This document shows, one piece after another, positions 48,569-58,994 of a DNA stretch of 64,000 nucleotides. The notes under the pieces were generated by a model that was not told the DNA's origin, made no database searches, and saw only the letters and a program-made list of their open reading frames with translations. The DNA comes from Kiritimatiellia bacterium (GTDB taxonomy: Bacteria > Verrucomicrobiota > Kiritimatiellia > CAIQIC01 > Lenti-01). The stretch is from the NCBI GenBank assembly GCA_017527155.1, contig JAFXQI010000026.1, forward strand, positions 883-64,882. The letters are read 5' to 3'. How positions within the stretch are numbered: the stretch's first letter is position 1; each line of letters begins with the position of its first letter. Both the position numbers and the translations under genes were made by a program.

Positions 48569-49186
48569 ATGTGCACCCGCTTCCACATCGCCCCCGGCAA
48601 CGAAGCCGTCCGCGATCTCGCCCCCGCCGCCCAGGCCTCCCCCCTCGCCGCCCGCTTCGCCTCCGCGGGGCGTCCCCTTCTCCTCGCCGGCGACGTCCGT
48701 CCCACCGACGTCGTGCCCGTCCTCGCGCCGGGCCGTGACGGCGCCCCGCGTCCCTTCCCCATGCAATGGGGATTCCGCCTTCCCGACGGCCCCCTTCTCG
48801 TCAACGCCCGCAGCGAGACCGCCGCCGTCAAACCCGCCTTCCGCGACTCCTGGCTCCGCCGCCGCTGCGCCATCCCCGCCACCTGCTACTACGAATGGGA
48901 GCACCGCCCCGGCCCCTCCGGTCGCACCGTCCCCGGAACCAAATACGCCATCCGTCACCCCGACGCCCCCGTCCTCTGGCTCTGCGCCCTCTACCGCATG
49001 GAGGCCGGCCTCCCCGTCTTCGCCGTCCTGACCCGTCCCGCCCCCGCCCCCCTCTCCGACCTCCACCCCCGCATGCCCCTCATCCTCCCCGCCGACGCCA
49101 TTCCCCGCTGGCTCGCCCCCGCCGCCGATCCCGCCCCCCTCCTCCCCCTCGCCCTCTCCTCCCTCGCCGCCACCCCCTCCCCCTGA
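48569..49186 (+). CDS. SOS-response-associated peptidase (SRAP / YedK family)
   Basis: MCTRFHI N-terminal Cys nucleophile, PMQWGF, VNARSET, RCAIPATCYYEW, FAVLT; begins 5 nt after the preceding stop. Confidence 0.88.
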   Translation: MCTRFHIAPGNEAVRDLAPAAQASPLAARFASAGRPLLLAGDVRPTDVVPVLAPGRDGAPRPFPMQWGFRLPDGPLLVNARSETAAVKPAFRDSWLRRRCAIPATCYYEWEHRPGPSGRTVPGTKYAIRHPDAPVLWLCALYRMEAGLPVFAVLTRPAPAPLSDLHPRMPLILPADAIPRWLAPAADPAPLLPLALSSLAATPSP

Positions 49187-49233
49187 TTTTCCCAGTCCCA
49201 TCCCCCCCCTTTTTTCCCCGGCTCCAACAAATA

Positions 49234-49292
49234 TTTGGAAACAGGAAAAATCCGCCATTTTCCCGCCATTTCACACCATCTCCATCGCCATG
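49234..49292 (+). promoter_or_regulatory. UE family copy, orphan, followed directly by an R10 repeat
   Basis: TTTGGAAACAGGAAAAAT...ATTTTCC...CATCGCCATGAAAAA. No credible ORF follows; the R10 repeat starts 27 nt later. Confidence 0.45.
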
Positions 49293-49318
49293 AAAAATGC
49301 CACCCATCCCCCCCCCGG

Positions 49319-49361
49319 TCGATTGCAGTCGAGAGCAGTCGAGAGCAATCGAATGCAGTCG
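49319..49361. repeat. tandem 10-nt palindromic repeat R10
   Basis: TC(GATTGCAGTC)(GAGAGCAGTC)(GAGAGCAATC)(GAATGCAGTC)G, between convergent stops at 49186 (+) and 49383 (-). Confidence 0.7.
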
Positions 49362-49382
49362 GGAAGCCCCCCTGCCCCCCCA

Positions 49383-50423
49383 TCAGTCGAACCGGATCCG
49401 CGGGTCGATGAGGAGGTAGCACAAATCCGACAGCAACCGCCCCAGCAACCCCAGCACCGACGTCACGGCCAGAATCCCCATGAAGACCATGTAGTCGCGG
49501 CTGACGATGGCGTCGAGGCTGAGCCGCCCCATGCCGGGAATCTCGAACACATTCTCGATCAGCACCGATCCGGCGAACAGCACGCCCAGCACGCCGCCGA
49601 ACCCCGTCGCGACCGGAATCAGCGCGTTGCGCAGCGCGTGGCCCCAGATGGCGCGGCGGAGGCTGCCGCCCTTGGCGAGGACGGTGCGGACGTAGTCCTG
49701 GCCGATCTGCTCCAGCAGCGAGTTCTTGGTCAGCAGCGTCAGCACCGCGAAATTGCCGATGACGTAGCAGCACACCGGCAGCACGAAATGCGCGGCGCTG
49801 TCCTTGAACTGCCCCCACGGCGACATCATCGCGTGGTCCACGGACACGACCCCCGCCGCCGGCAGGATGTCCCAGAATCCTTCGCCGCCGCCCGCGAAAA
49901 GCATCTTGAGCAGCATCCCGAACGCGAACGCGGGGATCGCATACCCCACGAACACGACCAAGCTGCTCGCCGCGTCGAACGCGCTCCCGTGCCGCAGGGC
50001 CTTGGCGATGCCGAGCGGGATGCAGACGAGGTATGTCAGGAAGAACCCGCTCAGCCCGAACACGAGCGACACGCGGAAGCGGCTGCGGACCAGCTCCCAC
50101 ACCGTCTTGTTGGGGTATTTCCAGGACCGCGCCGCGAGCCCCATCCGGTCGCGCACGAGCCAGTTCCAGTACCGCACCGGCAGCGGCTTGTCGAACCCGA
50201 AGTGCGCCTCCAGCGCCTTCCGCTGCTCGGGCGAGACGGCGGCCCCCGACCGCGGTCCGCGGCTGCCGCCCTCTCCCGCACCCAGCCCCCGCATCTGCGC
50301 GATTGCCTGCTCGACCGGACCGCCCGGCACCATCTGGCACAGCGCAAAGCACGCGATGGTGATTCCGAGGAAGGTCGGCACCATCAGCAGCAGCCGGCGG
50401 ACCAGATAGGCGAGGCGTTCCAT
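49383..50423 (-). CDS. ABC transporter permease (oligopeptide/YejB-like, binding-protein-dependent family)
   Basis: MERLAYLVRRLLLMVPTFLGITIACFAL, long periplasmic loop, EQIGQDYVRTVLAKG EAA-type loop. Confidence 0.85.
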   Translation of the reverse strand: MERLAYLVRRLLLMVPTFLGITIACFALCQMVPGGPVEQAIAQMRGLGAGEGGSRGPRSGAAVSPEQRKALEAHFGFDKPLPVRYWNWLVRDRMGLAARSWKYPNKTVWELVRSRFRVSLVFGLSGFFLTYLVCIPLGIAKALRHGSAFDAASSLVVFVGYAIPAFAFGMLLKMLFAGGGEGFWDILPAAGVVSVDHAMMSPWGQFKDSAAHFVLPVCCYVIGNFAVLTLLTKNSLLEQIGQDYVRTVLAKGGSLRRAIWGHALRNALIPVATGFGGVLGVLFAGSVLIENVFEIPGMGRLSLDAIVSRDYMVFMGILAVTSVLGLLGRLLSDLCYLLIDPRIRFD

Positions 50424-50427
50424 CGCG

Positions 50428-50712
50428 TCAGGCCATGAGGAGCAGCGCCTCGCGTCCCGTCATCCCGGCCTTCACGCCGAGCGCGGCGGCGGCGGGCGAA
50501 ACCTCGCACACCTTGGCGGCGAGCATGTCGGCGTACGACGCGACGCCCTTGACGATGGCCAGCGCGTGCCCGAATTTTTCCGCGGCGCCGAGGCTGACGT
50601 AGCCGCAGCCCAGCATCCCGCGCGAGCCCTGGATGAGCAGCAGCTTGGTGGTCCCCATAACGGGGATTTCGTCGGCGCGGAAAGCGCGCCCGTCGATTGT
50701 GAGCGTTTCCAT
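50428..50712 (-). CDS. DUF1805 (YunC-like) protein
   Basis: 94 aa. TKLLLIQGSRGMLGCGYVSLGAAEKFGHALAIVKGVASYADML. AGGAAAGGA RBS. The track start 50811 lies in a REP-1 hairpin. Confidence 0.8.
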   Translation of the reverse strand: METLTIDGRAFRADEIPVMGTTKLLLIQGSRGMLGCGYVSLGAAEKFGHALAIVKGVASYADMLAAKVCEVSPAAAALGVKAGMTGREALLLMA

Positions 50713-50736
50713 GTCAGTTCCTTTCCTTTTCCACGG

Positions 50737-50803
50737 GGTGGGGCGAGCTCTCCGAGCGAGCCGCTCCTTTACCTTGCGGCTCGCACGGAGTGCTCGCCCT
50801 ACC
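50737..50803. repeat. REP-1 hairpin
   Basis: GGTGGGGCGAGCTCTCCGAGCGAGCCG, loop, CGGCTCGCACGGAGTGCTCGCCCTACC. Confidence 0.8.
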
Positions 50804-50824
50804 ATGGCCATGCAACGGCATCCT

Positions 50825-52279
50825 TCACCCTTCCGAGGCCGCGACGGCCTTCGCCCAGGCGCGCTCCACCAGCTCGGGCGGCGGGGGCTCGATGAGGCCC
50901 GCGTCGCAAAGGGTGGCGAGCGAGGCGCGGGCGGCGGCGATGTCGCGGGCGGCGCGTTCGGCGACGGCGCCGGGCGGCAGCGGACGGCGGGCGAGGCCTT
51001 CGACGATGGCTTGTTGGGCGACGGCTTCGGCGGTTTCGGCGAAGACGGTTTCTTCGTCCATCGTCGGCATGATGCGGTCGGGCGCGAGGCCGGTGCGCTC
51101 GGCGTGGGCGGCGATGGTGCGGGCGGCGGCGATGGCCATCGCGTCGGAGATTTTCCGGGCGCGCACGAGGAGGACGCCTTTCAGGATGCCGGGGAAGCCG
51201 ACCGAGTTGTTGACTTGGTTCGGGAAGTCGCCGCGGCCGGTCGCGACGACGAGCGCGCCCGCGGCGTGCGCCGCGTAGGGATAAATCTCCGGCACCGGAT
51301 TCGCGCACGCGAAGACGATGGCGCGCGGCGCCATGCGGGCGATCCACTCGCCGGGGATGGCGTCGGGGCCGGGCTTGGCGAGCGATACCAGCGCGTCGGC
51401 GCCGGCGAGCGCGGCGTCGAGCGTCGCGATGCGGTCCGGGTTGGTGGTGCGGCAGAGCTCCCATTTGCGGTAAAAGCGCGGGTCGGCTTCGAGGTCCGTG
51501 CGCCCGGCGTGGAGCCCGCCGCGCGAGTCGAAGAGCGCCATCCGCGACGGGTCCGCGCCCGCCGCGATGAGGAGCCGCGCGATGGTGGTGTTCGCCGCGC
51601 CGGCGCCGTTGAGGACGATGCGCGCTTGGGACAGCTCCTTGCCGGCGACCTTCATCGCGTTGATCATCCCCGCGACGGTGACGCACCCGGTGCCCTGCGC
51701 GTCGTCGTGCCAGACGGGGATGGAGCAGCTCTCGCGCAGCTCGTCGAGGACCTTGAAGCAGTTCGGCTGGGAGATGTCCTCGAGGTTGACCGCGCCGTAG
51801 CTGGGCGCGAGGCGACGCACGAGGTCGATGAGCACGTCGGGATCCGGCTTCCCGCCGGGCCCGCGGCTGTCGATGCATACGGGGACGGCGTCCACGCCGC
51901 CGAGCACCTTCATGAGGTACGCCTTGCCCTCCATGACGCCCATGCCGCCGGGCGGCGTGACGTCGCCGTCGCCGAGCACGCGGGTGGAGTCGCTGACGAC
52001 GGCGACGGTGTTCCCGCGGCAGGTGAGTTCGAACGACAGGTCGTTGTCGTCGCGGATGGCGGTGGATACGGCGGAGACGCCCGGCGTGTACCACGCGTTG
52101 TACCACGCGCTCGACGGCAGCGGCGCGCGGGGCATGGTCTGGATCTTGCCGCCCCAGAAGCGGTGGGCGTCGAGTGCGAGCGCCTTGTAGAACGCGGTCT
52201 TGGCGCGCGCCTTGCGCGCCTCGTCCCAACCGCCGGGAATGCGCCCGGCGAGCGGATCGGAATGGATGGTTTCGTTCAT
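50825..52279 (-). CDS. NAD(P)-dependent malic enzyme (short form, no PTA domain)
   Basis: YTPGVSAV, VAVVSDSTRVLGDGDVTPPGGMGVMEGKAYL, VNLEDISQPNCF, IPVWHDDAQGTG, NGAGAANTTIA. Only the last 484 codons of a 1064-aa track ORF are credible. Confidence 0.92.
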   Translation of the reverse strand: MNETIHSDPLAGRIPGGWDEARKARAKTAFYKALALDAHRFWGGKIQTMPRAPLPSSAWYNAWYTPGVSAVSTAIRDDNDLSFELTCRGNTVAVVSDSTRVLGDGDVTPPGGMGVMEGKAYLMKVLGGVDAVPVCIDSRGPGGKPDPDVLIDLVRRLAPSYGAVNLEDISQPNCFKVLDELRESCSIPVWHDDAQGTGCVTVAGMINAMKVAGKELSQARIVLNGAGAANTTIARLLIAAGADPSRMALFDSRGGLHAGRTDLEADPRFYRKWELCRTTNPDRIATLDAALAGADALVSLAKPGPDAIPGEWIARMAPRAIVFACANPVPEIYPYAAHAAGALVVATGRGDFPNQVNNSVGFPGILKGVLLVRARKISDAMAIAAARTIAAHAERTGLAPDRIMPTMDEETVFAETAEAVAQQAIVEGLARRPLPPGAVAERAARDIAAARASLATLCDAGLIEPPPPELVERAWAKAVAASEG

Positions 52280-52313
52280 GTCGGAATCCTTAGGCATCAA
52301 TTGGAACAGGTCA

Positions 52314-52388
52314 GGTGGGGCGAGCTCTCCGAGCGAGCCGCATGGGGCCGGGGAGGAGGGCGGCTCGCACGGAGTGCTCGCCCTACCA
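52314..52388. repeat. REP-1 hairpin
   Basis: Same arms as 50737-50803 in the same orientation, with a different loop; it directly precedes array D. Confidence 0.8.
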
Positions 52389-52399
52389 CGGCTGGAAAC

Positions 52400-52556
52400 G
52401 TTTTCCAACCATTGGAAACTTTTTTTCCAATCATTGGAAAAAACGGGCCCGATTTTCCAACCATTGGAAAAATATTTTCCAATCGTTGGAAAAAACGGGA
52501 AAATTTTTTCCAATGGTTGGAAAACGGCCGGGAATTTTTTCCAATCATTGGAAAAC
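52400..52556 (+). repeat. AT-rich palindrome array D (6 copies)
   Basis: Units centred at 52410, 52432, 52462, 52484, 52515 and 52546 (spacing 22-30-22-31-31, identical to array C). Confidence 0.9.
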
Positions 52557-52698
52557 CGCGGGGGGCGCGCCGCGGGCAAAAAAGGCCCCCCGGCCGCGTC
52601 GGTGGGGATGCTTGTGATGGCCGGTCCCGGGAGGGGGGGGAGAGGGAGCCGGCCGAGCGCCGAGCGCGGGCAGGGGGCGAGGGTTCCGGGGCGGGCGG

Positions 52699-53493
52699 TC
52701 AGAAGGAGAAGCTCGCCTTGCCGCCGCCGTAGTAGTCCATGGCGTCGTCGGTGGTCGTGCCGAAGAAGCCGCTGATCGTGAACAGGTCGTTCGCGCGGAA
52801 CGCGAGGCCGGCGTGGCAGCGGACCCAGCAGTCGCTGTCCTTTTTCGGCGCGTCGTCGCGCAGCTGGACTTCGGCGAAGAGGCTGGAGAGGACGCCGCCG
52901 TAGACGCGCGGCATCTCGTTGAGGTCCCAGATCAGGGAGACCGCGCCCATCGCGACATCGTCGTCGGTGAAGTTGATGGCGTCGTTGATGCCGTAGCTGA
53001 TGTCGGCGCCCCAGTGGAGGCAGTCGTAGGTGGTGGTGCCGGCGGAGATGCCGAAGGTGGCGCCCGTGGTGCCGGTGCCGAGGCGGTCGTCTTCGTCGCC
53101 GGTCGCCCAGCGGACGTCGACGTAGGGGATGATCCACGCGTAGTCGAAGATGTCCTCGAAGAACAGGAACTGCAGGCCGGTGTGGACGTCGCCGATGCCG
53201 GACTTGTCCTTTTCGTGGCTGAAGTCCCAGCCGGCGAAGGGCACCCACGCGGTCAGGGCCAGGCGGTCGGTGATGCCGAAGCGGGCGGCGGGGCCGACCT
53301 GGTAGATGACGGCGTCGTCGGTCGAGTATTCCGCGTCGAATCCGGCGAAGATGCCCTGGACGGAGAGTTCGACGCCCAGCTGCTCGGGCAGGCGGTTTTC
53401 CATCGTGAAGAGCGTGCGGACGGGTTCGGCCGACGCCACGGACGCGAGCAGCCCCAGGGCCGCCACGGATACCATCAGTTTTTCGAATCTCAT
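52699..53493 (-). CDS. outer-membrane beta-barrel protein (MetA/phenol-degradation-like transporter family, tentative)
   Basis: Signal peptide MRFEKLMVSVAALGLLASVASA. Alternating amphipathic beta pattern. C-terminal ...GGGKASFSF with terminal Phe. Confidence 0.6.
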   Translation of the reverse strand: MRFEKLMVSVAALGLLASVASAEPVRTLFTMENRLPEQLGVELSVQGIFAGFDAEYSTDDAVIYQVGPAARFGITDRLALTAWVPFAGWDFSHEKDKSGIGDVHTGLQFLFFEDIFDYAWIIPYVDVRWATGDEDDRLGTGTTGATFGISAGTTTYDCLHWGADISYGINDAINFTDDDVAMGAVSLIWDLNEMPRVYGGVLSSLFAEVQLRDDAPKKDSDCWVRCHAGLAFRANDLFTISGFFGTTTDDAMDYYGGGKASFSF

Positions 53494-53791
53494 GTCTACT
53501 CCTTGCCAGGGCCGGAGCAACCGCGCACCGGGCCCTCAGACTGCCGCGCATCATACCCCTTCGCCCCATGCCGCGCAACCCGTATTTTCCGCCGCACGCC
53601 GCGGCGACGGAGAACGGGGGATGCCCCGCGGGGCCAGGACCGGAACGCCACGTCGGACAGGACGGCAGTCGCGGATGGCTTCCGGGGCGGCTTGGGGAAT
53701 CGGGGCGGCACAACCGGCGCCCCCGCCGCCCCATTGCCCCTTCCGGGAACAAAGGCCGCGCCTCCGCGGTCCTGCAACCAGGGAGATCGTT

Positions 53792-53850
53792 CATGGGCGG
53801 GGAATGGGGGAGAATGCGGGCGGAATCCGGATGTTTTCCTTGATATCGCG
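53792..53850 (-). promoter_or_regulatory. UE family copy upstream of the beta-barrel gene
   Basis: Minus strand reads CGCGATATCAAGGAAAAC-N6-ATTCCG...CCCCGCCCATGAAC; the gene ATG lies ~300 nt downstream. Confidence 0.5.
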
Positions 53851-53898
53851 AATGGGTGGGACCGGGGGCGAACCCGGGGCGGGGAGATGGTCCACCCC

Positions 53899-53934
53899 CG
53901 GACGGAGCGGCTCGCTCGGAGAGCGTGCCCACCA
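53899..53934. repeat. partial REP-1 arm
   Basis: GGAGCGGCTCGCTCGGAGAGCGTGCCCACC matches one arm of the REP-1 family. Confidence 0.5.
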
Positions 53935-54176
53935 GCGGGAGCGGGGCGGCACGAGGTACGGAGCGGCAGCAGAGGGAATCGGTCCCGCCGGCGTTTCCCC
54001 TCCCCGTCGCTGCCCGCATCCGGGGCTTGTCCGCGGCGGTGACGCGCCCGGACCGCCCCGCACCGCTGCCCGCCGAAATTTATGGATTGTCATGGAAGGG
54101 GGATGGGGGGTAGGATTGTTCATTCCTTTTGAACCAATGGGGTCCTGCGGGACCCCGCAGACGAAAGAACGATTTC

Positions 54177-57290
<3,114 letters not shown>

Positions 57291-57299
57291 GCCCGAGCC

Positions 57300-58631
57300 A
57301 TGACCGACCCCATCCCCGCCCCTGAATCCCCCACCGTCCCGCCTGTCCCGGAGTCCCCGGAAGTCCCGGTTGTCCCGGAGCCCTCCCCCGACCCCGTCCC
57401 CCGCATCCTCCGCGAAGACGAGCACCCCCTCCGCCGGGACCAGATCTGCCGCGAAGCCCTCAAAGTCATGGACCGCCTGCACAACGCCGGCTACAAAGCC
57501 TACCTCTGCGGCGGCGGCGTGCGCGACCTCCTCCTCGGCCGCCAGCCCAAGGACTTCGACGTCGTCACCGACGCCCGTCCCGAGCAGATCAAGCGCGTCG
57601 TGCGCAACACCCGCATCATCGGGCGGCGCTTCCGCCTGGCGCACTGCATCTTCGGCGACGTCATCATCGAGACCGCGACCTTCCGGGCCCTCCTCGACAC
57701 CCCGCCGCCGGACGCCGAAAACGTCCCCGTCCCCACCCGCCGCCGCGACGACATCCCCGACCCGACCTTCGCCACCCGCGGCGGCGTCATCGTCCGCGAC
57801 AACGTCTACGGCACACCGTCCGAAGACGCCCGCCGCCGCGACTTCACCGTCAACGGCCTCTTCTACGACCCCTCCGACGGCACCATCATCGACTACGTCG
57901 GCGGCCTCGACGACCTCCACGCCCGCGTCCTGCGCGTCATCGGCGACCCCACCGTCCGCTACCACGAAGACCCCGTCCGCATGCTCCGGGCCATCCGCAT
58001 CGCCTCCCAGCTCGACTTCGAGATCGAGCCCGCCGCGCGCGAAGCCATCATCCAGCTGGCGGGCGAACTCCGCAACGCCTCCCGCGAGCGCATGCACGAA
58101 GAAATGCTCAAGGTCATGAACTGCGGCGCCTCCCTCTCCGTCTTCGACCGCTCCTGGCGCAAGGGCCTCTTCCAAGTGATTTATCCCACCCTCTCCCGCT
58201 GGCTCGAGACCCCGCAAGGCGACGCCAAAGGCACCCCGTGGGTCCGGAAAGCCTTCCACCAATTCGACGTCTGGAAAAAAGCCGGCCTCAAGCCCATGCC
58301 CGCCCTCCAGTACTCGTTGCTCTTCGGCGCCCTCATCGAACAACGCGCCGCCGAGAACGAAGCCGCGGGCGCGGCCCCCTACGTCGCCGCCGAGCAGGCC
58401 GTCGACGCCACCATCCGCGACGCCGCGAACCTCCCCCAGCTGCCGAAGGCCATCATGTTCGACGCCGAGCGCATCCTGGGCCTGCAGGTACAGCTGAAGA
58501 AAGCGGGCCCGCAGAGCAAATACGCCACCCGCGTCCGCAACCGCCGCGGCTTCCAGGAAGCCCTCATCTACCTCAAATTCGCCGCCTCCCTCGACCCCCT
58601 CCGCAAACCCCTCCTCCAGCGCTGGCTGTAA
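57300..58631 (+). CDS. pcnB: poly(A) polymerase I / tRNA nucleotidyltransferase family
   Basis: YKAYLCGGGVRDLLLGRQPKDFDVVTDARPEQIKRVVRNTRIIGRRFRLAHCIF...ETATFR, RRDFTVNGLFYDP. The N-terminal Pro-rich extension is encoded by 9-nt repeats. Confidence 0.9.
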   Translation: MTDPIPAPESPTVPPVPESPEVPVVPEPSPDPVPRILREDEHPLRRDQICREALKVMDRLHNAGYKAYLCGGGVRDLLLGRQPKDFDVVTDARPEQIKRVVRNTRIIGRRFRLAHCIFGDVIIETATFRALLDTPPPDAENVPVPTRRRDDIPDPTFATRGGVIVRDNVYGTPSEDARRRDFTVNGLFYDPSDGTIIDYVGGLDDLHARVLRVIGDPTVRYHEDPVRMLRAIRIASQLDFEIEPAAREAIIQLAGELRNASRERMHEEMLKVMNCGASLSVFDRSWRKGLFQVIYPTLSRWLETPQGDAKGTPWVRKAFHQFDVWKKAGLKPMPALQYSLLFGALIEQRAAENEAAGAAPYVAAEQAVDATIRDAANLPQLPKAIMFDAERILGLQVQLKKAGPQSKYATRVRNRRGFQEALIYLKFAASLDPLRKPLLQRWL

Positions 58632-58659
58632 TCTGTCGGAGCGCGGGCGGCCCAGTTTT

Positions 58660-58715
58660 GAGATTACGGGAAACATGGACATTTCCACCCATTCCCCGTC
58701 ATCCCGGGCCCCATG
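58660..58715 (+). promoter_or_regulatory. UE family copy upstream of GT4 gene
   Basis: GAGATTACGGGAAAC-N7-TTTCCA...GGGCCCCATGAAC; the gene ATG lies 280 nt downstream. Confidence 0.45.
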
Positions 58716-58781
58716 AACATTTACGGCTTCCTCCCCGGCCGTTCCCGGACGGACGGGCCACACCGGCCGTTGCCGGAAAAG

Positions 58782-58800
58782 TTTTCCAATCATTGGAAAA
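58782..58800. repeat. solo copy of the 19-bp AT-rich palindrome
   Basis: TTTTCCAATCATTGGAAAA, located between the UE copy and the GT4 start. Confidence 0.85.
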
Positions 58801-58994
58801 TCCGTGGCGGGCCGCGGAGCCAGCGAATTGCGCGGCCCCCGGCGGGGGGGACGCGCGGAAGGGGCTTTTGTTGTTTTTGTTGTGGACACTTCGGGCGCGG
58901 TCCGCCATTGTAATGAAGATATGTCGATTGCCATGAGCCGTGCCGTATCCATTCCGTTCCGCCGCCCCACGGGGGGGCCCGAAAGGGCTTCCGC

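Noticed and set aside
53494-53792. Possible riboswitch in the ~300-nt leader between the upstream element and the beta-barrel gene
   Set aside because: I read the minus strand looking for cobalamin, TPP, SAM, glycine and c-di-GMP core motifs and saw none. A covariance-model scan (Rfam/Infernal) would be needed to settle this.
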